Of a stretch of DNA of 64,000 nucleotides, positions 42,223-57,497 are shown in pieces; position 1 is the stretch's first letter, and the number at the start of each line of letters is the position of its first letter. Origin of the DNA: Octopus vulgaris (lineage: Eukaryota); the NCBI GenBank assembly GCA_951406725.2, contig OX597817.1, positions 127,596,001 to 127,660,000 on the forward strand. The letters are read 5' to 3'. The translations under genes were made by a program, and so were the position numbers. The notes under the pieces were generated by a model. It did no database searches, was not told where the DNA came from, and saw only the letters and a list, made by a program, of their open reading frames with translations.

Positions 42223-43078
42223 ACACATTTTAAAGTGATCTAAATTATAATCTCCCACCAACATTTTATATTAATTTGTTCCAGACAACAGCTTAATAAT
42301 GAGAAAGTTATTTTATTAAATACTTCGTTATTTTTAAAAAGTAATTGAAACAAAGACAATATATTTCAACAAGAAATATAATAAACAAATATTAATAAAA
42401 GAGGGCCTTTGGGTATTGTTGACCTGGAAATACCACGACTGGAAAACAGACTGGATGCTTATAGAGGGCTGGTTTCTAATATGTGATATTTGTTCTCCTA
42501 GTTCAGTAAAGAAGAAGACTCTATGTTGTAGGTCTGACATCTAGAAAATGCAGTTAAATATCGTTCAAATGATATGCTAGTTACATTCGACAAATATAAC
42601 CGTATTTTAAAAAAAGTGGGAAGAAAAAGAAAAAAAGTAAAAAAATAAGGACTTTAGCTTCTTTGGTCATTGGTCTGTTCAAATTAGAGTCAATGAAAAA
42701 GTAAAAATAATGACTTAATGCCAATTTTTAAGCAATCAATGCTATTTACTGATGACAGACAAAATACCTTCCAGTATTCAGTTATGTCCCTTTATTTCAA
42801 ACATTTTTTAAAAAATGCACTTAAAGACATATTATTTCTTTCGCTACTACATATGTCATAAATTGTGTTGGTATTTGATATCTACCAGAAAGAATAAATG
42901 GCTAATGATGTGATTATACTATACATCATCATCACTGTATCTGTCCTTCTGCGTACGAGCGCGTGCTTGTGGTTGGAAGCATATTTGTGTCTGGAAGCAT
43001 ATTTGCGCAGATATACATATGAGCAATGAGTGTGTGAGACAGATAGATAACTATAGATATGCATGTATTTGTGTGCGC

Positions 43079-43116
<38 letters not shown>

Positions 43117-43119
43117 GTA

Positions 43120-43160
<41 letters not shown>

Positions 43161-44784
43161 GAGTACGTGTGCTTGTACATATGCACACATATATATGTGT
43201 ATGTATCAATATACATACACATAAGTGTATTCATATATATTTATGCGCTCGTGTGTGAGTGTGTGTGTGTGTTGTACGTGTGTGAGGCAGCGTGAATGAG
43301 TCACTGTATGAGTAAGTAAACTTATAAACGCACTCATTGTGATAACAATATTAAAAGTTAGTGAATAATATATGCTTTGAGAAACAAACAAAAATGCCAG
43401 TCAAGACACACACTCACACACACTCACATGCATACTTGTATACATACATACGTATATAAACATTCATGCATACATGTTCACTCGCACACACACACACACA
43501 CATACACACACACACACATTATGTTTTATTTAAATTTACCATACTTAGTTCCAAAAATGCAGACGATTATGTAAAGAATCTTGATATTACCAATCAGAGA
43601 AAAATGAAATAGTCATAACTAAACTATTGAAATTTATAGATTTCGTTAATAAGATATATTCAAAGGGTTGTCTGAAATGTCTTCAGTGATTAGACGCACA
43701 CATACACAGATGCTCGAGCGCGCAAACACACACATACACGCACACACAGAGACGGACAAGTAAACACGTACACACTTATCTGTGTTTATATATGTAAATA
43801 TATATGAATGTACATATACGTATAATAAGAACACGCGAGATTACTTAATACATACATGCAAATATACATATGAGTATAAATGCTTGCATACACACACACA
43901 TGTATGTGTATATATGTGGATGTGCATTTAAATATACCATATTATGCACAAAGTTTATCATTATAAATTATATAATACTTTATCATATATAAATCCATAG
44001 ATATATAAATTTATATATGAAAATATGTGTATTTGTGTCATTATTAAACACGTACAGGTATGACCATGTATGATTTTGAACTGCAACTGGTTGTGTGACC
44101 CCTGTTAGGGAGTTCCAGGATTTTGAGGATTATGGAACTTCTTAGCCACTATTATGTCCTGTTCAATTCTGATGCAGAGTAGCAGCACTTGCTAGGGTCT
44201 CAGCTATGGATTAATTAACATGTTCGGGAATTACCTCCAGATTAAGGTCACTCACAGACATTTCAATAGAACCCAAAGTAAATGAGGTTCATCAACTCGT
44301 TAGCTCTCATCTAAGAGAAGATAACCACATAAAAATCCTGCATGTTGATAATTGCTTGGCTCGTTGTACTCGTTGGCCTTGTTGCACCAGAGCAAGTTGA
44401 AGGAAAAGAGAGTTGGATTGGTTCCGCAGAAAAGATATCCACTATAATAATAAACCTCTGCACTTTTGTTGGTGTATTGCATTGAACATTTGAAATTTGA
44501 CAAATGGATGAAACACCCTACAGAAAATACGTTGGAATTGGCTCTAAGGTAGATACGTATATTTATACTTAACCACTGTCTGGCATCCTCTGCAGTTCCA
44601 TGGATACCATGAACATATTAACTTATTTTTCTTTCGTGGCATGGCCATCAATAGAGAGATAGTAAGTATACTTGGGGCGAGAATCTTTTTCTTAAAACAA
44701 CCCGGGCACATCGAGACGTAGCTAAGTTACCTTTTCTGCAATATCATCGACCAAAGACGGAAAAGTCCAAGTAAAAGGCACATG

Positions 44785-44851
<67 letters not shown>

Positions 44852-46164
44852 GTCCGTCTGTCTGTTCGTCTGCCTGTCTGTCTGCCAGTTTGACTGCCTG
44901 TCTGTCCGTCTGACTACCTGTTTGCGTATTTGTCTATTACATACACACACACACATGTATATGCTATATATATATATTTATATATTCCTACATACATATG
45001 TATATGTGTATGTTGTGTTTGTGTGTGTATACACACTCTTACACATACATATATATATATATATGTGTGTGTATGTGTGTGTATGTGTGTGTGTATTTGT
45101 CTGTTTCTCTGTATGAATGCATGTATGTATGCATGTATATACATATATGCAGTAATTTTATATAACTTAGTCTACCAAACATTTCTCTTCTGAAGTCTTA
45201 GCTGTCTCGAAGACATGGTAGAAGGCACATACTCCAGACGACATCATGTTGGATCGAATATGGTGTCATGAGAAAGCAAAGAGTGTATGTTCAATAGATA
45301 GCTAGGTTCGGAAACAAAAAATGATATTTTCACAGGTAGAAGATAATTATTTTGGATCTGCTTAGTATGGACCTACTCAAGGGTAATATGAACTAACGAG
45401 AGTGAGCTTAGAGTGTTCACTTTATCTGCTAAACAAAACAGGCAAATCTTCCCCGAATCACCCCATAGCGTCTAGAAACATGAAAGGTCACTTTAGATGC
45501 AGTTATGCAGTAATATCTACAAAAAAAATGCTTCATGGTTAGTATGCCATTCATTATTGGCATTCTCGATCAGAGCTGATCTAATTACTAAAAAAAATAA
45601 TCAATCATCATCATCATCATCACCACCACCACTACCACCACTACCACCACCACCACCAACAACAACAACATTTCCAACAACAACATTTCCAACATCATCA
45701 GCAACAACACATGCACCAAAAGCAATATGGGTCCCATTAAAACCTACGTTGACAGAATGAACCAACATCAGCTATGACGTCGCAGCAGCAGTGACTGTAT
45801 CGCACCAGGTGTCACTTTCAACCTAATAAGAATGCCTGCTGTCATCTATTTAATAGATTTAATTTTAAATCTTTTATATCTTATAATTGAATTTGTTTTT
45901 TCGATGAAAATTGTCCAGCCTAATGTTTTTCATAAACGTCTACCAAATTATTATTGTCACTTCTGTTTACAAAAGATCTGAAGGAGAAAAAAACAATTGA
46001 CTTTCTATCTATATGCAATATGTACATTACCATCTACATCGCAATTGTCGAATCTTTATCTTTCACTGGAGTCAATGTAATTAACTAAGTCATTCCCTCA
46101 AAATTGCTGAACTTATATATATTGCTATACTCATATATTACAAAATTAGAAGCTATTACTCAAG

Positions 46165-46345
46165 TCGGCAGAATCGTTATCACGTTGGACGAAATGCTAA
46201 GCGGCATTCCACCGAGGTCAGCTTTGTCTTTCGCACTTTGGGTACCGATAAATAAAGCACCAGTTCAGAACCGGAGTCAATGTAATCGATTAGTTCTCTC
46301 CTCGAAAATTTTAGGTCTTGTGCCTATAATAAAAAGGATTGTTAT
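46165..46345 (+). mobile_element. SINE family B (degenerate)
   Basis: ggcagaatcgtt..gaaatgct..ccgaggtca.ctttg..gataaataaagcacc..tgtgcctata. Confidence 0.7.
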
Positions 46346-46351
46346 TATTAT

Positions 46352-46877
46352 TGAAGACGTTGCACAGTATCCAATATTGTGTGGACCGGGAATTTGTAAT
46401 GTCTGTCAAATTACAAGTAGGATCTCAGGCAGATAGTGCTTTATTCAGTATGCATGCAGTTCCAAGTAAAGATGATATTTGCAATACACCAAGACTATAG
46501 AGTATTCCTTAAGTATACAGATGTTTCTTCAGGCTTTTAGGTATTGAACCCAATGCCCCGATGACAACAGGAACAACCATTATGTTTGACTCTCACAGCT
46601 GCCGCATCTTGATGATCTCAGTTCTCAGGTCTCCATATTTGTCGACCTTTTCTCTTTCTGTCATGATAATATGTTGATCTCCTGGCACTGTCACGTCAAT
46701 TATTAGGCATTATTGCTTGTCCCTCCTAAAGGCTACTACATATGGCCTTTGATGCTCTAACACTTTGTCTGTAAGTCAAAATCCCAGAGGATCTTTGTCT
46801 TCCCGTTTTCGTCCATTACCATTACTGGTGAATGGTGATAGCATGCACCCTGTATCCATTCTTCCGGCATAGTAACC
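46352..46877 (-). mobile_element. R4/Dong-like LINE 3' fragment
   Basis: Minus translation gives KILWDF..HQRP..CLIIDVTVPGD..EKVDKYGDL..VVPVVIGALG..LLGTACIL. Ends in a short TAA run. Confidence 0.85.
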
Positions 46878-47930
46878 AGTGAATGTTTAATCCTTCGAGG
46901 CAGTGCTCTAGCACGGTCGCAGTCCAATGACAGGAATATATAATTCTTTTCTGCGTTGCTTACTTTTTAACTACATTAACAGTTGCGTATATAATTTAAT
47001 TTAGTCTAGTGACATTGATGATCGTGTCTGTGTTCATTAAGTGTGAGATAGTACATTAGTCTTAATTTAGTGTGTCACGGGTTATTTTCTCTCTATATAT
47101 TATAAAAGACTATAGTCATACCTCTGTTATGAGGTTAGATTTCAGCTCTGTGCATGTAGAAAATGCATAGAACAATAGAACTATATTTTTGTGTCCATTG
47201 ACACATGGGGTAGAAAGGGCTCCTTAGCCGTAGTGAAGGCAATCTATCTAGGGAGATAACCTTAGAATAAATCACTGGGTCCGTAGCTTAGAAATACTGG
47301 GTTGACGTCCAGCGGGAACAGCTTTGTTTCATGGAGGAGGAAAGATCTTCTTTAGTACTTGGTTGTACAATGCTTTCCAATGTGTGTAGTAGTGGCGCGC
47401 GCACACATTATTAGCCATTTGAAAAGACTATGAAAGTCTCGACCACGGTCGAACAATGATGATGAACACATGTACACCTTTTCTACTTTATTTGCGAAAA
47501 TTAAAGAATAAAATTTGCTTTTTTATTTAGATGGTCATAATTTTCGTCGAGTATCAGTTTATTTTGATTCTGGTGATATCAGATTATATATATTCAATTT
47601 TTCTACTCCTTTTTACATTAGATTCTTAAGTACATCTTCTGCCACGACTTCAACAATACGGCGTTTACGCGCCTGGTGAATCAATTTTATGTGGACAGTG
47701 AAAATTGAATTGTTGCTGATATGAGCCAAACTCCGATAGTTTGCTTACACATGGTATGAGATTGCCGAAAATTGAACATTTATAATCCATTAATTATAGA
47801 GGTAGCGATCAATAAATTTTAGAAATATTACTTAAATGGTTATCCTTCAACATATTCGTCACTGATTCGATTTGATTGGTTGTATTTTAATCGTTGTTAC
47901 TAGATACTTTCGGTGCAGACATCTTTGCTG

Positions 47931-48051
47931 GATTATCATCATCATCATCATCATCATCATCATTATCATCATCATCACCACCACCATCATCATCATCATC
48001 ATCATCATCATCATTATCATCATCATCACCACCACCATCATCATCATCCTT

Positions 48052-48093
<42 letters not shown>

Positions 48094-48112
48094 TTCATCA
48101 TCATCATCATCC
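47931..48112. repeat. (ATC)n microsatellite
   Basis: Seen directly. Confidence 0.95.
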
Positions 48113-48595
48113 TTGTCATTGACATTGTTGATTATATTATTGGTTTCGTCAATTTGTTTTGTCCTTAATGTTTTTTGCATTCATGAATTTGGTGCTTCTG
48201 TTTATTGTAATTGTTTTCTTTGTTCATATATATATATATACATATTTTTATATTTCTGGTATATTTTTTTAATCATGATTTTTGTCATTTTCAGCCATTT
48301 CGTAGAGGAATGCTTAAAATTCATGTATGTTGCTGATTTTATTAATATTGGCATAAAGAATATTTATCCTGTTATTTATATGTGTGTGTGCGCGCGCGGG
48401 TGTTTGGATGTGTAGAAACACTGTTACTAGTACTAGTAATATTTAAATACCAATATCACTTTCGCTCCGCTTCTTCTCGTGACATAACTGGATTTATATA
48501 TTTTGATTTTATTTAAACTTAGTCATGATATTTTATTCGGCTTTCTAAGAATCGTTGATCTTAGAAAAGTTTAACATATTGATAAAGGCTTTTGT

Positions 48596-48698
48596 TTTCT
48601 TCTTCTTCTTTTTCTTCTTCTTCTTCTTCTTCTTCTTCTTCTTCTTCTTCTTCTTCTTCTTCTTCTTCTTCTTCTTCTTCTTCTTCTTCTTCTTCTTC
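48596..48698. repeat. (TTC)n microsatellite
   Basis: Seen directly. Confidence 0.95.
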
Positions 48699-49954
48699 TC
48701 TTAATTTCGATATCATTCTTACATTTTAGCATTTTATATTTTTGTCTCAATCTTTCTTAATCTTTCGTTGTTATGCTTTTTGTTTTGTTCTTCTTTTCGT
48801 CCCATTATTTTTGTTGTTGTTGTTCCTCTTGTTGTTGTTGTTATTATCATTCCTATTGTTATTGTTATTTTGCAACGAGACAAAAGCAATTTAGTAAATA
48901 ACTTTTACCGTAATTTCCTTTATTAACCAAGACTGTCTGAAATGTTTGTTAATTCAGCATTCACTTGGTACATTAAACATACGCCCACACTCGCGCACAA
49001 ACAAGTATACAATTACATTCATACGTATGTACACAAACATTATGTGTATATATGCAAATACATATACACACGTACACTATGTGAAGTTGTAGATGTATAT
49101 GTATAATATAGTACATATTGTATATGCATATATACGCCTACTTACATAGTTCATGCTTGTAAACTCATGTAGATTAATATATATATATATGAATGTATTT
49201 TTATAATTGTTAAAGAGGACAACAAACGCTAAGGCAAGACAAACATCTCAAGTTATATACGTTATTATTATTGGAAACTCGGGACTTTGGTGGCTATTTC
49301 AGAAGAAAGATTTAGTATTATAATCAAATAATTAAAGGTCAATGCCCTAGTCATTACCTCCCCTTAACGGTAGTCTCCCCTTAATCGTACTACCTTCTTT
49401 TGCACGATGCTTGTTTACATGTTTGGTTGGTTTATTTATAATGTCATAAGCGGCCTTTGGCTACTTATAACATATGCTACTTCTCCATACTTTTGCTTTT
49501 TATTAGCTTTTTTATTTACATCTAGCCCTATAACGGTCTTAGTAGCTTGCCCTTTGGATTTAAAATTTAACTGGCCAATTATATTGATGGCTGGACTTTG
49601 GTCAATCCCATTACGAACAATAAGTGGTTGGTCTTTACAATAGGAAGTATATAAATGCAATTAATTTATAGGCATGTTATTTAGATAAATATTAATTAGT
49701 ACTATTTACGAAATCATAAGTACTATTCTTTTTCTAGACCTATTGGCGTAGCCCGTTATACTAAAGTACTTATGTTACTTTTTATTATTTATACATCCTG
49801 TTACCCATAAACAACGATTAACCTACCAATTAATTTACTAGTTTAGTCATTTACTCAACGGCCTGAAGCGTTACACTGGAAAATGGTATGATTCAAATAT
49901 ATTAAGACTTCGTTCCTCCTCCCGAGGCACTTTTCTTTTCTTTTATGTATTTTC

Positions 49955-50074
49955 CTTCACTCTGATGAAGCTCCATGTACCAGCCAGATGCTATAGAATA
50001 TGACGAATTTTATTGTCAGAATTTTCTTTGGCAGCGCTGTGGGACATTGGAAGCAGAAACGGCTGTTAGAAGAG
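49955..50074 (+). ncRNA. Type I hammerhead motif with long stem II
   Basis: CTGATGA(49962)-a-gctccatgtaccagc..gctgtgggacattggaagc-a-GAAA-cggctg-TT-agaag. Stem I is imperfect. Confidence 0.6.
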
Positions 50075-50154
50075 ATAAAGTTTTGTATTAAAACATAATA
50101 ATCGATGGTAGTCAATATGTTGTTGATCAAGAATTTTCTGCATAATTTACATAT

Positions 50155-50455
<301 letters not shown>

Positions 50456-51595
50456 ATAAACCCGAGTCAATTTTGATTTTGTATACTTATAACTAAATGC
50501 TTCTAAATCAAGACGGATCCGTCCTTTATTTGAGGAGACATAACTATATCTAGTATTAAATTTTATCCATTATATCCCTTGTTTCTCCCTCAAATGACAG
50601 AGTTTGAATAAAGAGCGATTTTGCCGCTATCTTTAGTAGGTCGTCTGCTTAGACGTTAAACGAAACTTGACTATTTTGTTAACTGGAAAATAAATATGTA
50701 AACAAGGATGAACGTACAATCGTGTATATTTTTACTGTTAATTTAAATACGATGAGTAAAGTAGTTGCTCTAACTATAAATTTGCGTACAGTAAGCCCGT
50801 GTGCATCCTATTTATAATAAGTATAAATAGGACGTATACTTAATCAATGTCATCGAAAATATTGAAAGAAAAAACTGAATATGGTAACGCAGTAAACCAT
50901 TAGACGTATAAAATTTCTAAAAGTATTTACAGTGGTACAACTGCTAAACGCCTTTCATAATTTACATATTTGGGATTTAAAATTCTTTTAAGCATAGACA
51001 ACACAAAATTGCACAGTTAATCTAAGATGCTATGTTTACCCGCCATTTATTCAACACAGAACTCATAAATGTTCAATAAAGTTCATAAGTTGTAATTCCG
51101 AACATGGCATGTAATTTCCTTTGCATAATACTTGTCGCAAATAGAAGACGCGACTAGAAAATGTAAATTTGATGCATTCCCACCGGTTAAAACTCCATTG
51201 TATATAGTTACTACACCATTCACTTTTGAGACTGAATGAGGAATTCTTATTAATTATTACTCACTATCTTTGATTCGTTTATATATTTCTATGCGAGATT
51301 CTCTTCCTAACGCTATCTTTGGAAGCAATGATAATTTTCTCTGAACAGATAGCTAATGTTAGAAGGCAATTCTTCAACAACAAAGGTACATACGAATATT
51401 CAAGTTTCGGCTATCTCATTTACATTAAAGTTCACATGTTGGTATTACCACAACAACGTGTTCGATCTCTAGCTATTGTAATATCTCATGTAACCGAAGA
51501 ACATTTTCATGACGATGCAACATTTCCACAGCAGTTATAACAAGAATTAATTCTAAAAATTCTGACATGAATCTATTTTGCTGTTAATTGAAATG

Positions 51596-51637
<42 letters not shown>

Positions 51638-51639
51638 TA

Positions 51640-52120
51640 TTGGTTTCAGATATTTTGTACAAGGCCAGCAATTTCATGTAAGGTGGAAGTTCATTACAGC
51701 TCAACTGGGACATATCAACCCTAAAATGATGAAGGGCATAGTCGACCTCGACTGAATTTGAACTCAGAACGTAAAGGCGGATGAAATGCCGCTAAACATT
51801 CTGTCCGGTGTGTTAATGACTCTGCCAGCACGCCACTTTACTTACACATACGATGTTGGTTTCATGATTTACACAAGGCCAACAGTTACGGGAAATGAGG
51901 AAATCGGTTACATCAACTCCTGATCCGCATCCAGTCGGTTTCTGTCAGAGTAAGAGATAAGAATCAATGCCAGTATTGCTCTGGTACCTTATTTATTGAA
52001 GCCGAAAGGGGAAAAAATGACAGTTTACCTTGGAGAAGTTTTGAACTCAGGCCACACAGAGTCGGGAAGAACACCACCGGACAATTTATTTGAAATCCCT
52101 TAGCGACTCTTTAAATTAGC
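51640..52120 (-). mobile_element. Two degenerate family B SINEs
   Basis: gtcgacctcg..gaatttgaactcagaacgta..gccagcacgcc, and a second, more decayed copy. Confidence 0.7.
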
Positions 52121-53212
52121 TTTCGCAAAGTGCAGGGTGAAAGTTTTCATTTCATCCGTACCGTATGCTGTGTTTCTTGTAATGGTATCAGCGACAATAA
52201 TAGTATATCGTTAATACTTGTTTTATAGTTATCAAAGTAGATCCGAGCACATGCCTGGTAATTTAAATGTTACAGCTAAAAGGGCTAATGCGAACTCCAC
52301 TTTAGCTTGACTAAACACGGATTGGTAAAAAGAAAATATAACTCGTTTACGCGGATTTATTACTAGCTTGTATATATAATCCATTTGTAACAAATAAACC
52401 TATATATGTGAATATATCGTTATATTAAATAATAAGCAAAAATAATAATAAAAGCATGACTTAAAAATTTATAGTTACGAAACTCATTTTTAATTTCAGA
52501 AAAAATGTATTTAAGATACCAGAGTCAAAACATTGCTCTCATGATAATGAAATGCAGTTCTCTTGTTTCTAATATTTTATATTATGCCACAGATATTGCT
52601 TTTGTTTTGGCCTTATTTCTTAACACAAGAGTGATTAAGCGAAGATAAAAATTTTACATTTTTCTTTATTGCTTTCATAGGAATAAACGTTCTATCCTCA
52701 GTCGAAACTGAATCATTAAATGTGAGGTCACTCAACAAACCAGCATTTAGGACAAAGATTTCAATAGATAAAACTAGGAATAATATGTGCTGTAAACTCT
52801 TTTTGATATTGAAGATGACTTGGCTTCTATCATAATAGTAAAGTTTTGTTGCAGACAAAGTGATATATCTGTCGATTAAATGGAGTCTTTATGACAGTTG
52901 ACATTGATGTAAAAGCTGAAAATGTGATTTACTACATAAAGAACTTCTTTTTGATTGTATAAAGACAGGTCTAGAGAAACAGAAAATTGTATAAAGGAAA
53001 TATACATAACTCCAATATTTCAGCTATTCCATACGAAGTTGTTATGACACAATGACATAAGGTCGTTGCGATTATTCTTGACAAAACCCAGAAGTATCAT
53101 ACAAAAGTATTGTCGATAAAATCGTTTTTGGTACAAAGCTGGTAAACATTTTATCGACCCTAGAGGAATGGACAGCAGGTGGATGACGGCAACAGCTTAC
53201 TGCAACAGCAGT

Positions 53213-53369
<157 letters not shown>

Positions 53370-53454
53370 TCTTTCTATAATAGATACAAGTCCTCAATTT
53401 TTTTCTGGGAGCGAATGACTGGTTCTTATTTCATTATTTCACCGACCCCGAAAG

Positions 53455-54630
53455 TATAATAGCATCATTTCGGTATGGATCGGGAATTATAAAATGGCAA
53501 AAGAGAGAAATGAAGAAAATGGATACCAAAACCAGAAAAAATGTTGACAGTACACGGGAGCCTTCCATCCTGAGAGTGACACCAGTAGTCTGTACTTGTC
53601 CTGAAGGAAGGGTGGAATAGGCTTGATCAGTTGTTAGGACTGTATCCAAGCAGAAGAAAACAGCCTAGGGTGGTATATAAAAAATGCTGTGGAGCCACTG
53701 CTGATACACACGAAGAAGGCCGGCGTCATCAAAACTGAAAGTTGTGTAACGAAAGAAAAATTTAAACAAGAAATGAACAAAAAAAAACCATGAAAGGAAA
53801 AGAAAATGTATCGTCAGTTTGCAAGAGATGTGAACGCCAAGACAGATGCAGAGGACCGGTGACTATGGATGAGGGGAAGTGACCTGAAGATAGAGACAGA
53901 AGCATTCATATGCGCAGCTCGGGAACAAGTAGTAAGGACCAAATTATATGAAGTGCAGAATAGGCAACACTACCGATAGCGACAAATGCAGATTATGTGG
54001 TGAGAGGGATGAAACAGCATGGCACATCGTTAGTGAATGCCCGAAATTGGCACAACGCGAATGCAAAAGACGCCATGACAATGTGTCAAGAATGATCTAT
54101 TGGGAACTCTGTGGAAATCACGGCCTACAAAGAGCAAAGACGTGGTATCAGCAGACCCCAGAAGGAGTTAGCGAAAAGGAGAACTGCAAAATCCTGTTGG
54201 ATGCAATGATGCAGTGCGATCACCTGACGAGACATCAGAAGCCGAACATTGTTTTGGTGAATAAAAAACAAAGAACATGTATGATAATCGATATAGCATG
54301 CCCGGTGACAACATGATCAATTTGAAAGAAGTAAAAATAAACAACTATGACGATTTAAAGTGGAAAAAACGAAGGCTGTGGTCAATGAAGAGAGTAGACG
54401 CGATGCCAATAGTAATTGCTGCGCTTGGAAGTATCAGCATTCAACTACCAACATGGTTGAAAAAGTGTGAAGGAAGAACATCTACAAAAATCAGCATTGC
54501 TTGGAACTGCAAGAATTATTCTCAAAGTTGTTGAAGCATGACCAGCAAACAAATGTCACCTTAGTCTGCTGGCTGTAGACAGCTGGTACTTTCCACCATG
54601 CCCAGTAATATAAGCTGCGAGTTTTAATAC
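53455..54630 (+). mobile_element. R4/Dong-like LINE 3' 1.2 kb (CCHC finger and RLE nuclease), disrupted
   Basis: DLKIETEAFICAAREQ, CRLCGERDETAWHIVSEC..KRRHD, KPNIVLV..IIDIACP and PIVIAALG. Ends in CAA/TAA repeats. Confidence 0.92.
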
Positions 54631-54667
54631 AACAACAATAATAATAGTGAAAATAATAACAATAATA

Positions 54668-54881
54668 ATTTTTCTACTATAGGCACAAAGCCGGAAATTT
54701 GGGTGAGGGGGAAAGTCGATTACATCGACCCAACTACTCAGCTGGTATTCATTTTATCGACCCCGAAAGAATGGAAGGCAAAGTTGACCTGGGCGGGATT
54801 TGAACTCAGAACGTAAAGATGGACGAAATGCCGGGAAGCATCTTACCCGGCATGCTAAAGATTCTGCCAGCTCGCCGCCTT
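54668..54881 (-). mobile_element. SINE family B, full length
   Basis: Reverse complement of the family B pattern, ending gccagctcgccgcctt. Confidence 0.9.
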
Positions 54882-55094
54882 CACAACAATAGTAATAAGG
54901 ATGATGATAATGGTGATGATAATGAAAATATCTTTGTTAATTACTAGGGTTATAGAAAGTAAGAGCGGATGGCCAAAAAAAAAACACAATAGAGTACAAA
55001 ATAAAAGCGTGGGAAAACAAAACAAAAACAAATAGATAATACATTGAAAAAGAAAAAAACGTGAAATAATTCCTTGTCCTCTTTTGGGACCAAA

Positions 55095-55330
55095 TCAGAT
55101 CTCTAACAATTTAACCGGTTCGTCGGTCTAGGGCTCCATGACGCTGTTGGATGGAATGTAACTGCCTCTTCAGCTATAGGGCTGCAGGCCCACTAACTCT
55201 TCTGGTTAATTTTTGCTCCTGTCACCGCCTCGTTGTCTCTAAGAGCAGTACTAATTACCTCTCTATACCTGATCTCCGATACGGTAAAAGTGACGTTCTC
55301 CCCCTACGCAGACAGTTCTTCTACATCTTA
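55095..55330 (-). mobile_element. Tx1/L1-clade RT fragment (degenerate)
   Basis: LSA*GENVT (decayed YADD)..EAVTGAKINQKS..TDEPVKLLEI*FGP. Homologous to 4113-4300. Confidence 0.75.
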
Positions 55331-55459
55331 GTTTGTACGAGATGCAATCCAGTCGTGACCAACCACCTTTTTTTTAAACATAACATTATAGGCTGAATGA
55401 ATACACAGGGGCTCTTCTTTTCCTTGATTCAATAGATCCTCGTCGACGTTATTGCGCAT

Positions 55460-55826
55460 AACTGTGATAACGATGATGACGATAATGATGGTGATGATGG
55501 TGGTGGTGGTGGTTGTGAAGAGGACGACGATGATGATGCTGACGATGATGATGAAGACAATGATGATGATGATGATGATGGCGATGAGGAGCAGGAGTAG
55601 GAAGACTAGGAGGAGGTTGAAGACTATCATAATGATGATCGTGATGATCATCCTGATGGTCATGATGAGGATCATGATGATGATCCTGATGAGGATAACG
55701 ATGAAGAAGATGATGATGATGATGATGATGATGACTATGATGGTGATGATGGCCGTCATGGTGGTCATCATTGACGTCATTGATGTGGTGGTGGTGGTGG
55801 TGGTGGTAGTGGTCATCGTATGGTGG
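55460..55826. repeat. Degenerate (GAT)n/(GGT)n trinucleotide array
   Basis: Seen directly. Confidence 0.9.
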
Positions 55827-55870
55827 TACTATTTGTTACATTGATGACAACATTATGACGTCTTACATTA

Positions 55871-56055
55871 AAGGTGGCGAAGTGACAGAACCATTAGCAT
55901 TACTAAGTGCTGAGTTCTAATTCCGCCGAGGTTGACTTTGTTTTACGTCATTTCGGGGTCAATAAATTAAGTACCAGTTGAGTACTGGTGTCGATGTAAT
56001 CGACAATCCCCCTTCCACCAAATTTCAGGCCTTGTGCCTAGAATAGAAAGGATTA
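55871..56055 (+). mobile_element. SINE family B
   Basis: aaggtggcga..ttccgccgaggttgactttg..taagtaccagttg..gaaaggatta. Confidence 0.85.
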
Positions 56056-56089
56056 TGACATTTTACATTTCAATACATAGTTCATACAA

Positions 56090-56314
56090 CTCTTTTACTC
56101 TTTTACTTGTTTCACTCATTTGACTGCGGCCATGTTGGAGCACTGCCTTTAGTCGAACAAATCGACCCCAAGACTTATCCTTTGTAAGCCTAGTACTAAT
56201 TCTATCGGGCTCTTATGCCGAACCGCTAAGTTACGGGGATGTAAACACACCAGCATTAGTTGTGAAGCGATGTTGGGGGACAAACAGACACACAAACATA
56301 TACAAACACACACA

Positions 56315-56390
<76 letters not shown>

Positions 56391-57443
56391 GATAAGAGTA
56401 AATAATTTCAATAAAGGCTTTTAAAAAAACCCCAATTATTTACTGGTAGAATTCGGTATGTAAATATAGCCGATTACCGGCAGGAACTTCTGTAAAGTTC
56501 AGTATATATATTGTATATAAGAAAAAGGGACAGGCAAAACAGGTTGCTTGACCGCATACCGAAAAAATAGAAATAGCAGTCAAGAATGCTTATTTCTATC
56601 AAAGTTGGACTCGGGCATGACAGACCCTGTAATTCACATATGCAAAACAGAAGGAATAGATAACGAATACGAAGTCTGGCGGTTATCTGTGAACATCATG
56701 TTTCTGGATTATAAACATATTGAATATATATTCCGTATATTTTTGATATATATTTCATATATATTGCATATAAATCTTTTTTAATGGAAAGCTGTGCTGA
56801 AGAAGGATGTGAAATATATATGCAATATATATGAAATATATATCAAAAATATACGGAATATATATTCAATATGTTTATAATCCAGAAACATGATGTTCAC
56901 AGATAACCGCCAGACTTCGTATTCGTTATCTATTCCTTCTGTTTTGCATATGTGAATTACAGGGTCTGTCATGCCCGGAGTCCAACTTTGATAGAAATAA
57001 GCATTCTTGACTGCTATTTCTATTTTTTCGGTATGCGGTCAAGCAACCTGTTTTGCCTGTCCCTTTTTCTTATATACAATATATATACTGAACTTTACAG
57101 AAGTTCCTGCCGGTAATCGGCTATATTTACATACCGAATTCTACCAGTAAATAATTGGGGTTTTTTTTAAAAGCCTTTATAGAAATTATTTACTCTTATC
57201 ATTATATTACTATTTGGACTTTTCACTCCCTTTGACAACCTAACTGTAATGCGCATGGCAAAATTTTGGAGGGAAGATTTATGAATTCAAACGTCTATGT
57301 AGGTTTAGCAAATATTTTGATGTCGCATGGTCAGAAGGTTTGAGGTACGTAGCATTTGATAAATCTATGATAAATCTTTTTCAATGGAAAGCTGTGCTGA
57401 AGAAGGATGTGAAATATATATGCAATATATATGAAATATATAT

Positions 57444-57497
<54 letters not shown>

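Noticed and set aside
47859-48415. Poly-D, poly-H, poly-S and poly-M ORFs
   Set aside because: (ATC)n microsatellite with a small internal duplication; no flanking coding signal.
55328-55844. Met/Ile/Thr-rich ORFs
   Set aside because: Degenerate trinucleotide array.
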